DNA of 64,000 bases from contig OZ244999.1 in assembly GCA_965223265.1 (NCBI GenBank), positions 7,648,001 to 7,712,000 on the forward strand, written 5' to 3'. The first letter of the stretch is position 1; every line of letters starts with the position of its first letter. This document shows positions 1 to 8,615 of this stretch, in pieces. The notes beneath the pieces are model-generated. The model ran no database searches, had not been told where the DNA came from, and saw only the letters and a program-made list of their open reading frames with translations. The stretch comes from Planctomycetota bacterium. Its GTDB lineage: Bacteria; Planctomycetota; UBA8108; SXIK01. Position numbers and translations under genes: made by a program.

Positions 1-477
1 CGTCTCCACACCTTGCTTGACGGCATCGAACGTCATCGCCGAAGAATCGACCGGGCCGCCATCAGGAATCGGCCGCCCACGTGGCCCCTGACCGTTGAGA
101 TCGATCGCCAAGGCGGCAACGTCGATCCGCGACCAATGGTCGGCCCACTCCAGGAAGGCGCGCCCGCCTTTGCCGTGAAGCAGGAGCATTGCCGGACCGG
201 GCTTGTCTACGTCCTTGGGTTTCGAATAGATCGCGTACACCCGCGTCGAGGCACCCTCGTAACTCGGTCCTTCGTAAAAGAGAAAAGAGGTGCGGCCACG
301 CTCATGCACGACCTCGTAGCGAGGAGGCTTCGAAAGCGCTTTCAAATCCCACGCCGAGCCTGCGCTGTTCTCATTCGCCTCGGCATGGACTGACGACGTG
401 ACGGACGTGACAACAAAGAGAACGAAAACCGGCAGCGCGGACAACGCGAGCGAACGCCGGCAGCTACGAAGCGCCAT
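1..477 (-). CDS. Secreted alpha/beta-hydrolase (acetylxylan esterase / dienelactone hydrolase-like), 3' end runs off the window
   Basis: Not in the ORF track because there is no stop in the window. Manual translation from the ATG at 477 gives MALRSCRRSLALSALPVFVLFVV... (signal peptide), then ...FYEGPSYEGASTRVYAIYSKP...PAMLLLHGKGGRAFLEWADHWSRIDVAALAIDLNGQG, a typical N-terminal half of an alpha/beta-hydrolase. Confidence 0.75.
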   Translation of the reverse strand, partial: MALRSCRRSLALSALPVFVLFVVTSVTSSVHAEANENSAGSAWDLKALSKPPRYEVVHERGRTSFLFYEGPSYEGASTRVYAIYSKPKDVDKPGPAMLLLHGKGGRAFLEWADHWSRIDVAALAIDLNGQGPRGRPIPDGGPVDSSAMTFDAVKQGVET

Positions 478-780
478 GAGTCTTCACCTCGAGAATGGAA
501 CTGTTGCGAGTGGCAGGGAGAGAGCCTTCAATTGTAACCCGAACATCGTCCTACAAGCTGTTTGCCGCGGTCGGTCATTTGGGTTTCGGCCGCGGTGACA
601 CCCAAGAGGATTGCTGTAAGTTGTGACGACGACAAGGAAAAGAGCCTGCGTGCAGGTGAACACGAAGCGGCGTGCGCAGGGCGCGAACCCAGGAAGAAAA
701 CAGAGACTGTGCGCGGCGCCGCGGTTTTGGTACCGTGCCGACGCCGAATTTCGGATAGCAGTTTGAAGTGACCGGTGAAG

Positions 781-812
781 GAGTGAGGAGAGAAGAGAGT
801 GAGGAGAGAAGA
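781..812. repeat. 16-bp purine-rich tandem duplication (gagtgaggagagaaga x2)
   Basis: Exact direct repeat at 781-796 and 797-812, immediately upstream of the ATG at 814. Confidence 0.8.
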
Positions 813-813
813 G

Positions 814-2031
814 ATGGTGAGGGTGGTCTTGGGTGTGGAGCTTGTGCGTCCGGAGGTCATCCTCGCGGTGGTCCTCGTCTCACAACTGGTGCCATCGCCG
901 TCCTTGGGGAGTCCGGGCGCAGACAGGGCGCCGATCGCTTGCGAGGAGACGCCCACGTTCGGCGGCGGCATCGGCGTCGCCGTGCTGGTCGCTAGAGCGA
1001 TTAGCTGCGGCCCCGGCATGGATTTCGTGGCCGATGTTGCGGCACAGGGCGGCGCGATGTCCGACAACGCCAGGGTCTGCGACGCTACGGCCGACGAGTT
1101 GGTCGATGCGCAGGATGTCGCCTTTCTTGTGACACGCTCTTTTTGTCACCTGACGCCCGCGGTGATGCCGCTCGGCGATTCGCAGAGAGTGCACTTAAGA
1201 CCCGACCCCGCAGACGAACGTCAACGCGATGGCGCCTTTAGGGTCCGCATCGATCCCAGACCTGCCACACACTCTAATACCGCCGCCAACACTGCCTCAA
1301 ACGTCACCGTCACCGGCACCGGCCCCTTCACCGCCGCCGCCGTCAACAACGCTCAGCGATCAACGCTGCAGCAAACCGCGGCGCACGCTGCCGTCGACGT
1401 GGTCGCAACCAAAGTAGTTCCGGTCGTCGATCACGTCGACCACGAAACAACTCCGGAGATTTGGTTCGGCGAGGTTCGCCTGCGCCGCACGACCCGATCT
1501 GGCCCCGGCAGCGTGTCCGCAGCACCGGCGATGCGTGCGCGCCTCGTGATCGCGCGCCAGCGAAACGGGGAACTCGAGCTGTTGCCGCGAATTCCTGCAC
1601 GGCTCCGGAGCTCAGAGTCGCGCCCAAATGAAACGGTTGGCGGCGGCGAGAATCCTATCGTGCCACTCGTCTCGTCACCGACGCCCCTACGAGTGCTCTC
1701 GCCGCCCTCAAACGACGCGGTCGGAGCTGAGATATGGGCGCCGTTCGACGAGCAGCCACGCCGCTACCGAGCGCGGTTCTTTCCGGGCGAAGGCGGCGAC
1801 GAAAACCTGCACCGAAGGATGACACTCCGATTCGCGGCCGGCGGCGGCGCTGCCTCTGTCGATCCGTGGTCCACGTCAGCCCAGCTGAGCGGGAAATTCG
1901 AGGAGACACTGGCGACCGTCAACGATGCTGTGACGGTTCGTGGCCGATTCTGGCTTCGACGCCAAAGCTCAGGCCGACCGGCGGTTTCACCTCAGCAGCG
2001 GCGAGGAACGGCAGCACGAACAGCACCGTGA
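814..2031 (+). CDS. Hypothetical protein, possibly exported
   Basis: Long ORF filling the gap between two real genes. It has a hydrophobic N-terminus, a Thr/Ala-rich linker and a globular-looking beta-rich C-terminal part (IWFGEVRL...LSGKFEETLATVNDAVTVRGRFWLRR). The start is uncertain. Confidence 0.5.
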   Translation: MVRVVLGVELVRPEVILAVVLVSQLVPSPSLGSPGADRAPIACEETPTFGGGIGVAVLVARAISCGPGMDFVADVAAQGGAMSDNARVCDATADELVDAQDVAFLVTRSFCHLTPAVMPLGDSQRVHLRPDPADERQRDGAFRVRIDPRPATHSNTAANTASNVTVTGTGPFTAAAVNNAQRSTLQQTAAHAAVDVVATKVVPVVDHVDHETTPEIWFGEVRLRRTTRSGPGSVSAAPAMRARLVIARQRNGELELLPRIPARLRSSESRPNETVGGGENPIVPLVSSPTPLRVLSPPSNDAVGAEIWAPFDEQPRRYRARFFPGEGGDENLHRRMTLRFAAGGGAASVDPWSTSAQLSGKFEETLATVNDAVTVRGRFWLRRQSSGRPAVSPQQRRGTAARTAP

Positions 2032-2122
2032 CCCGCGTAATCGTTCGGCAAGATTCTTGCGTCGTTTTGACGACTCAGGGAGACTCTCATCATCTGCTGC
2101 CCCGAGAAACTCCTCTGGATCC

Positions 2123-5100
2123 ATGCGCACACGACAACTGCCCCACGCCGCGTTTTTCACGGCTGTCTTTGTTTCTCTAGCGATGACAACGTCGTCGTTG
2201 CCTACCCCGGGCGACGCCGCGGAAGCCGCTGGCGACGAAGTCGCCTCCGACACCGGCACCGACACATCGGCACAGTCACGGACTCACGCTGCCGCCCCGT
2301 CTCACTGGGCGTTTCAGCCTCTGGTAAAACCTACGCTGCCGACGGTCATCGACGATCGCTGGCCGCGGGGCGCGATCGATCGATTCGTGCTCGCCCGACT
2401 CGAGCATGAACGGCTGATACCCGCGCCGGAAGCGGACCGCTACACGCTCGCCCGACGTGTCAGCCTCGCCCTCACTGGTTTGCCGCCAACGCCAGAGGCA
2501 GTCGACGCATTCGTCACCGACGAGAATCCTCGCGCCTACAGCAAATTCGTCGACCGCTTGCTCGCTTCGTCGGCATTCGGCGAGCGCTGGGGACGCGTCT
2601 GGTTGGATTTGGCGCGCTACGCCGACTCGAAGGGCTACTCGTCGGATCCGCTGCGTCGCATTTGGCGCTATCGCGATTGGGTGATCGACGCGTTCAACCG
2701 CGATCTCGGCTACGACGAATTCACTCGCGAACAAATAGCGGGCGATTTGCTTCCCAAGGCGACGACTGAACAGATCCTCGCGACGGCGTTCCACCGCAAC
2801 ACCATGACCAACGACGAAGGCGGCACAGACAACGAAGAGTTTCGTGTCGCGGCGGTCATGGACCGCGTCAACACCACCGTGCAGGTTTGGATGGGGCTCA
2901 CGATGGGATGCGCTAGCTGCCACACGCACAAGTACGACCCGATCACGCAGCGCGATTACTACGAGTTCTTCGCCTTCTTCAACAACACCGAAGATGCCGA
3001 TACGCCGGATGAAGCGCCTCGTTTGCGAACACCGACCGAGGCACAAGTACGAGAGTTCGCCGCGTTGGAAATCGAACGGCAACGGCTCGATGTGGAGTTG
3101 AGTGAAAGCGAATTCGCAGCGCTCGAAGAGAAGTGGCAAGCGGCAGTCGAAAGTCAGGATCAGAGTTGGACGATATTGCCAGGCGTACAGATTGATTCGC
3201 AGAGCGGCGCACAGTTTCGTGAGCTCGCAGACAACTCTCTCGTAACCGTCGATGGCAGTGATGAAAACGATGTCTACACATTTGAGTGGCAGGGCGATCT
3301 CGAAGGTGTGACCGCAGTGCGCATCGAAGCGCTGCCGCAGGAGGAAGACGACTCCAACGTTCGAGAGCTCGGGCGCCGAAGGGGCGTGTTCAACATTGAG
3401 GAATTCCAGCTCGCATACAAGCAGCCTTCGGACGAGGCGGCGACGCTCGCAGCACGCTACGTGCGACTGGAGGCCAAGAGCGTCAACGAGTCGCTGGCGC
3501 TGGCTGAGGTCGAGGTCTATGGCGGCGCAGAGAACTTCGCCCGACGCGGCAAAGCAATGCAGTCGAGCACGGCGGCAGGCGGCGAAGCTCGACGAGCTCG
3601 CGACGGAGACACCGGCGTGGTTTCCACCAGTCGCACGGAAGCGGAGCGAAACCCTTGGTGGGAGATCGCTCTTGACGACGAACGCTCGATTGATCGCGTT
3701 GTCGTCTGGATTGCTGCGGACGACCCGAGCGCCCCGACCGGCGTGGTCGAGCTCGATGCCTTGACGCTCCTCGTGTTCGACAGCGACCGCCGGCTCGTGC
3801 GCCGCGAGCAACTTTCAGCCGAGGGCTCGACGGCGGCTGCATCGAGAGAAGCATCGCCGCGGTACGTTGAAGTCGACGTGGCTGGAGATCGGCAGCTTTT
3901 TCTAAAGAACATCACGGCTTCGACCGACGCCGCAGGAGTGGCCCGGACGCCGAACGCAAGGGATGACCGAGATGCGGAGCGCCGTGAAACTGGAGCGGCG
4001 AGAACTCGAGGCTGGACGAACGCGCGGCCCGACGATGAGCGCGTGCAAACAGAAACCGCTACCAGTGAGCCTGTTGGAGAAAAGCCCTCGGGCGAGCCAC
4101 GGAGGGAAATCGCTGTCCTGCAGCTGCGCGAGGTGATCGATCGTTCGGCGACCGACAACGACAGGACGAAAGTCCAGTCGGCACCCGCAACGTTGACGCT
4201 GCGGCTTGTCCAGAAGCGAGGCACGCTTCGTCGCGTGCGTCTCGCCGTCAGTCGCGCCGGCGGCTTCGTCCATGCGCTTCCACATGTGGTCCGGCGGACC
4301 CTACACGTGCCGACGCACGAGCGGAGCGCTGCCGAGCTCGCCGTCCTGCGATCCCATTTCGCTGCCATCGTCGATCGCTTCCGCGATCTGGACGCACGCC
4401 GAGCTCGTCTGGACCGCCAGATCGACAAGGCGCGTGCAAGCCATCCGACGACGCCAATCATGCGTGAGCTGCCTGAAGACAAGCGTCGCGCGACGCGGAT
4501 GCTCGTGCGCGGCAATTTTCGCAGCCCCGGCGATGAGGTGCAGCCTGAAGTCTTCAGTGCGTTCCATCCGCTTCCCAAGGGCGCATCAGCGAATCGCCTC
4601 GGGGTCGCCGAGTGGCTCCTCGACGCCGAGAACCCGCTCACCGCACGCGTCACCGTCAATCGACTCTGGTCCCGAGTCTTCGGAGCCGGCATCGTTGTCA
4701 CCGAAGAGGACTTCGGCACGCAAGGAAGCGCGCCAAGTCACCCGAAACTCCTCGACTGGCTCGCCGTTGGATTTCGCGACAACGGCTGGGACGTGAAGCA
4801 CGTCCTACGCCTCATGGTCGAGTCGGCGACGTTTCGCCAACGCTCCCATGTCACACGCGACGACGTCGAGCGCGACCCCGACAATCGACTCCTTTCACGT
4901 GCCAACTCTTTCCGACTCGAGGCCGAAATGGTGCGTGACCAAGCGCTTGCGATCAGTGGACTCCTCAGCCGCAAGATCGGTGGCCCTTCGGTCTATCCGC
5001 CGCAACCTCCGGGACTTTGGCGCGCGGCGTTCAACAGCCGCGATCGCAAGTGGCCGACCAGCAGCGGCGCGGATCGCTATCGCCGTGGTCTCTACACGTT

Positions 5101-5536
5101 TTGGCGCCGCACCATTCCGCATCCCTCGATGGCGACGTTCGACGCACCCAGTCGTGAGATCTGCACGCTGCGCCGCAGCCGTACCAACACGCCGCTGCAA
5201 GCCTTCGTGACCCTCAACGATCCGACTTTCGTCGAGGCCGCCCAAGCACTGGCGCGACGCATTCTGCTGCATGGTACGTCGACAGACGCAGAACGCGCCG
5301 CGTGGGGGCTACGCCTGGCGCTGGCTCGTCCGCCGCGCCAGGAAGCAATCGACGCCGTCGTGCGACTCGTCGAGTCCGAGCGCGAACATTTTCGACGGCA
5401 GAGCGGCGCGGCGGAAAAAGTCGCCACCGATCCCTTGGGTCCGCTACCGACTGGAGTCGAGCCGGCTGAGGCCGCTGCGTGGACCGTTGCATCGAGTGTC
5501 CTTCTCAACCTCGACGGTGTGCTCATGCGGCGGTGA
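2123..5536 (+). CDS. DUF1549 (PSCyt2) + DUF1553 (PSD1) protein with an inserted discoidin/F5-8-like domain
   Basis: Motifs HWAFQP, FGERWGRVWLDLARYADS, CASCHTHKYDPITQRDYY, NPLTARVTVNRLW, PSHPKLLDWLA and RTNTPLQAFVTLNDP. The insert reads ARYVRLE...LALAEVEVY...NPWWEIAL. Start moved to ATG 2123, which gives a signal peptide. Confidence 0.92.
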   Translation: MRTRQLPHAAFFTAVFVSLAMTTSSLPTPGDAAEAAGDEVASDTGTDTSAQSRTHAAAPSHWAFQPLVKPTLPTVIDDRWPRGAIDRFVLARLEHERLIPAPEADRYTLARRVSLALTGLPPTPEAVDAFVTDENPRAYSKFVDRLLASSAFGERWGRVWLDLARYADSKGYSSDPLRRIWRYRDWVIDAFNRDLGYDEFTREQIAGDLLPKATTEQILATAFHRNTMTNDEGGTDNEEFRVAAVMDRVNTTVQVWMGLTMGCASCHTHKYDPITQRDYYEFFAFFNNTEDADTPDEAPRLRTPTEAQVREFAALEIERQRLDVELSESEFAALEEKWQAAVESQDQSWTILPGVQIDSQSGAQFRELADNSLVTVDGSDENDVYTFEWQGDLEGVTAVRIEALPQEEDDSNVRELGRRRGVFNIEEFQLAYKQPSDEAATLAARYVRLEAKSVNESLALAEVEVYGGAENFARRGKAMQSSTAAGGEARRARDGDTGVVSTSRTEAERNPWWEIALDDERSIDRVVVWIAADDPSAPTGVVELDALTLLVFDSDRRLVRREQLSAEGSTAAASREASPRYVEVDVAGDRQLFLKNITASTDAAGVARTPNARDDRDAERRETGAARTRGWTNARPDDERVQTETATSEPVGEKPSGEPRREIAVLQLREVIDRSATDNDRTKVQSAPATLTLRLVQKRGTLRRVRLAVSRAGGFVHALPHVVRRTLHVPTHERSAAELAVLRSHFAAIVDRFRDLDARRARLDRQIDKARASHPTTPIMRELPEDKRRATRMLVRGNFRSPGDEVQPEVFSAFHPLPKGASANRLGVAEWLLDAENPLTARVTVNRLWSRVFGAGIVVTEEDFGTQGSAPSHPKLLDWLAVGFRDNGWDVKHVLRLMVESATFRQRSHVTRDDVERDPDNRLLSRANSFRLEAEMVRDQALAISGLLSRKIGGPSVYPPQPPGLWRAAFNSRDRKWPTSSGADRYRRGLYTFWRRTIPHPSMATFDAPSREICTLRRSRTNTPLQAFVTLNDPTFVEAAQALARRILLHGTSTDAERAAWGLRLALARPPRQEAIDAVVRLVESEREHFRRQSGAAEKVATDPLGPLPTGVEPAEAAAWTVASSVLLNLDGVLMRR

Positions 5537-5631
5537 CACGCGCAACAAGACGGCCGACGACACGCGGCCGGCCACAATTCCCAAAACTATCGGCGCTGCG
5601 CTGTGACGAGGCGCTACAGAGATAAAAGACC

Positions 5632-7101
5632 ATGAACGCCAATCAAATCGAACTTTCCGGCGTCACGAGGCGACACTTCCTCGGTCGTTCAACAGTGGGT
5701 GTCGGCCACCTGGCTCTCGGGTCATTGCTCGCACGCGACCTGGCCGCCGCGGCAAAACACACTTCCGATCGCACGCGACCTCTCCGTGAGCGATCGCCGC
5801 ACTTCGCACCAAAAGCAAAACGCGTGATCTTCCTGCACATGGCCGGCTCGCCGCCGCAGCAGGAACTCCTCGACTACAAGCCGCAGTTGCAGCGCCACGA
5901 TGGCGAGCTCTGTCCGGAGAGCCTACTGAGGAAGGAGACTTTCGCATTCATTCAAGGCCGACCACGAATGCTGGGGACGCCGTACCGCTTCGAGCGCAGT
6001 GGCGAGAACGGCACCTGGGTGTCTGAACTGCTTCCCAATCTGGCCTCGGTCATCGACGACGTCGCCGTGGTCAACTCGATGCACACAGACCAGTTCAATC
6101 ACGCTCCGGCTCAGCTCCTGCTTTACACAGGCGCGCCGCGCTTCGGGCACGCAGCCATGGGATCGTGGGTCACCTACGGCCTCGGCACCGAGAACGAGGA
6201 CCTGCCCGGTTTCGTCGTGCTACTGTCGGGTGGAACAGACCCGAGCGGCGGCAAAAGCCTCTGGGGAACCGGTTTTCTACCGACGGTGTTTCAAGGCGTG
6301 CAGTGCCGATCAGTCGGCGACCCGATTCTCTACGCCGGCAATCCCGCAGGTATTGACCGCGGCGTGCGGCGGCGAAGTCTCGACGTGCTGAAACGCCTCA
6401 ATGAACTCGATCTTGACGAGTTTGGGGACCCGGAGACATTGACACGCATTGCCCAGTACGAGCTAGCCTACCGCATGCAAGTGACCGTGCCGGACGTCAT
6501 GGACATTTCCCGGGAGTCGGTCGCCACCCGCGAAGCCTACGGCGCCGAAGCAGGAAAGGCGTCCTTTGCGAACAATTGCCTGCTGGCGCGTCGGCTCGTG
6601 GAACGCGGGGTGCGATACGTTCAACTGTTCGACTGGGGCTGGGACTTTCACGGCGTCAGCCTGAACACGGACATCATCAAGACACTGCCAAAGAAGTGCC
6701 GTGAAGTCGATGTCCCGATAGGGGCTCTCCTCCGAGACCTCAAGCGGCGCGGCCTACTCGACGAGACACTCGTCGTGTGGAGCGGCGAGTTCGGCCGCAC
6801 CTCGATGCGAGAGAATCGTGGTGGTCGGTACGGCGAGTACATCGGGCGCGACCACCATCCTCACTGCTTTTCCATCTGGATGGCGGGCGGCGGTATCCGC
6901 GGCGGGATTTCCTACGGTGCCACGGACGAGCTCGGCTATCGGATTGTCGAAAACAAGATGAGCATCGCCGATCTCCACGCGACGATCCTCCACCTCATGG
7001 GTTTCGACGCCCACGAGTTCATCTATCCGCACCAGGGGCTCGACGAACGGTTGATCGGTCCCACTGGCGAAGGAGAAGTGCAGCATGGTCTGCTCGCCTA
7101 G
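5632..7101 (+). CDS. DUF1501 domain protein (sulfatase-like fold, Tat signal)
   Basis: TRRHFL Tat motif, AKRVIFLHMAG, LLARRLVERGVRYVQL, GEFGRT and GRDHHP. This family is the usual partner of DUF1553. Confidence 0.93.
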   Translation: MNANQIELSGVTRRHFLGRSTVGVGHLALGSLLARDLAAAAKHTSDRTRPLRERSPHFAPKAKRVIFLHMAGSPPQQELLDYKPQLQRHDGELCPESLLRKETFAFIQGRPRMLGTPYRFERSGENGTWVSELLPNLASVIDDVAVVNSMHTDQFNHAPAQLLLYTGAPRFGHAAMGSWVTYGLGTENEDLPGFVVLLSGGTDPSGGKSLWGTGFLPTVFQGVQCRSVGDPILYAGNPAGIDRGVRRRSLDVLKRLNELDLDEFGDPETLTRIAQYELAYRMQVTVPDVMDISRESVATREAYGAEAGKASFANNCLLARRLVERGVRYVQLFDWGWDFHGVSLNTDIIKTLPKKCREVDVPIGALLRDLKRRGLLDETLVVWSGEFGRTSMRENRGGRYGEYIGRDHHPHCFSIWMAGGGIRGGISYGATDELGYRIVENKMSIADLHATILHLMGFDAHEFIYPHQGLDERLIGPTGEGEVQHGLLA

Positions 7102-7191
7102 ACGACGCGACGGCGCACGCGGGTTGCACGCCAAGCCGCGCCGGCTGCAAGACTCGGGAAGCGATTTCTTGTCGCCGTCGGGGCGGGACGG

Positions 7192-8577
7192 ATGTCCGCC
7201 TGGCGGCGGGTTGGTGCACTCATGAGTGCTGGGCGCCCGATGATCGTCGCGGATCGATGGCGCACCGCGACGGCTGCCGTTTTGCTCGTCGCCGCGGCGG
7301 CGGCGCCTGACCTCAGCGCCGAGAATGCGTCTCTCTCTGACGTCGACGACAGAGAGAGACCGACCGATTGGCCCGAGTGGCGCGGATCGCAGCGCGATGG
7401 AATCTGCCGCGAAACCGGCCTCTTGAAGAAATGGGGTCCCGACGGGCCGCCGTTTCTTTGGCGGGTCGACGGCATCGGCGCGGGCTACAGTAGCGTCGCG
7501 ATCGCCGGCAATGACGTCTACACGATGGGCCAACGCGACGAAGGCGAGTTCCTGATCGCCTTGGGTCGGAGCGACGGAAGGGAAGCGTGGGCAGTCCGGA
7601 TCGGCACCGAGAAGCCGAACTCGACGCCAACGATCGACGGCGAGCTGGTGTTCGCACTCGGCTACGGCGGCGAGCTCGTATGCGTGCGGCGCCGCGACGG
7701 CCGAGAAGTTTGGCGACGCAACCTCGCGAGCGAGTTCGGCGGCAAAACGCAGACGGCGCTTGGGTTCAGCGAATCACCCTTGGTCGATGGCGATCGCGTC
7801 ACGTGTGCACCCGGCGTGCGCGCAGCGGCGGTCGTGGCGTTTGCCCGCACGGATGGCAAAACCATCTGGACAACAACGCTGCCCGGCGATGTTCTCCCGG
7901 ACGAGGACAACCCCGGTGCCGACGGTGCCGGTTACTCGTCGGCCGTCATGACCGTTGTGGATGGAGTGCGTCAGTACGTCTATCTCATCGGACGTGGTGT
8001 CATCGGAGTTGAAGCGACCACCGGTCGACTCCTCTGGGCTTATGGTCGCATGGCCAACCAACACGCCAACGTCGCCACGCCGATCGTATCGGGGAGTTAC
8101 GTTTTTTGTTCGACAGCCTATCAAGCTGGATCGGCTCTACTCGAGCTAGTGAAGAAGCCGAACGCATCGCCGATTGAGTTCGAATGCCGCGAAGTGTACT
8201 TCCTGAAGCCGAAGGTTTTGCAGAACCACCACGGCGGCCTCGTGCGGTTCGGGGATCACCTTTACGGCGGCCACGGACACAACCAAGGATTTCCGCTTTG
8301 CCTCGAGCTGAAGACCGGAAGGATCGCGTGGCGCCCCGGGCGAGGAGCCGGCACCGGTTCAGCTGCCGTTCTCTACGCCGACGGGCACCTCTACTTTCGC
8401 TACCAGAACGGGGTCGTCGCGCTCGTTGAGGCGACTCCTGAGGCCTATCGACTCAAAGGCCAATTCCGTCCGCGAGCACACAAGGGAAAAGCGTGGGCGC
8501 ATCCCGTGATCGCAGGCGGTAGACTTTACCTGCGAAGTGACGACGCGCTCGAGTGCTACGACGTTCAAGCACGATGA
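7192..8577 (+). CDS. PQQ-binding-like beta-propeller protein (BamB-like, planctomycete type)
   Basis: DWPEWRGSQRDG, GAGYSSVAI, SESPLVDGDRV and WAHPVIAGGRLYLR. The true start may be 7222 or 7240. Confidence 0.9.
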   Translation: MSAWRRVGALMSAGRPMIVADRWRTATAAVLLVAAAAAPDLSAENASLSDVDDRERPTDWPEWRGSQRDGICRETGLLKKWGPDGPPFLWRVDGIGAGYSSVAIAGNDVYTMGQRDEGEFLIALGRSDGREAWAVRIGTEKPNSTPTIDGELVFALGYGGELVCVRRRDGREVWRRNLASEFGGKTQTALGFSESPLVDGDRVTCAPGVRAAAVVAFARTDGKTIWTTTLPGDVLPDEDNPGADGAGYSSAVMTVVDGVRQYVYLIGRGVIGVEATTGRLLWAYGRMANQHANVATPIVSGSYVFCSTAYQAGSALLELVKKPNASPIEFECREVYFLKPKVLQNHHGGLVRFGDHLYGGHGHNQGFPLCLELKTGRIAWRPGRGAGTGSAAVLYADGHLYFRYQNGVVALVEATPEAYRLKGQFRPRAHKGKAWAHPVIAGGRLYLRSDDALECYDVQAR

Positions 8578-8615
8578 GTTGACGTTCCCGCTCGTCCCCG
8601 TTTCGAGAACCAGCG

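Noticed and set aside
13-393. 126-aa plus-strand ORF at the window start
   Set aside because: It is antisense to the partial hydrolase gene at 1-477 on the minus strand.
1940-2122. N-terminal extensions given by the ORF track (also upstream of 29744, 45368, 50895, 52107, 60523 and 61102)
   Set aside because: Downstream ATGs give proper signal peptides, ribosome-binding sites or family N-termini, and some of the extensions overlap neighbouring genes.
2276-3811. 511-aa minus-strand ORF, and similar long antisense ORFs (3517-4719, 21204-22394, 27933-29297, 36265-37413, 59954-61393)
   Set aside because: These are shadow frames opposite well-supported genes, as expected in GC-rich DNA.
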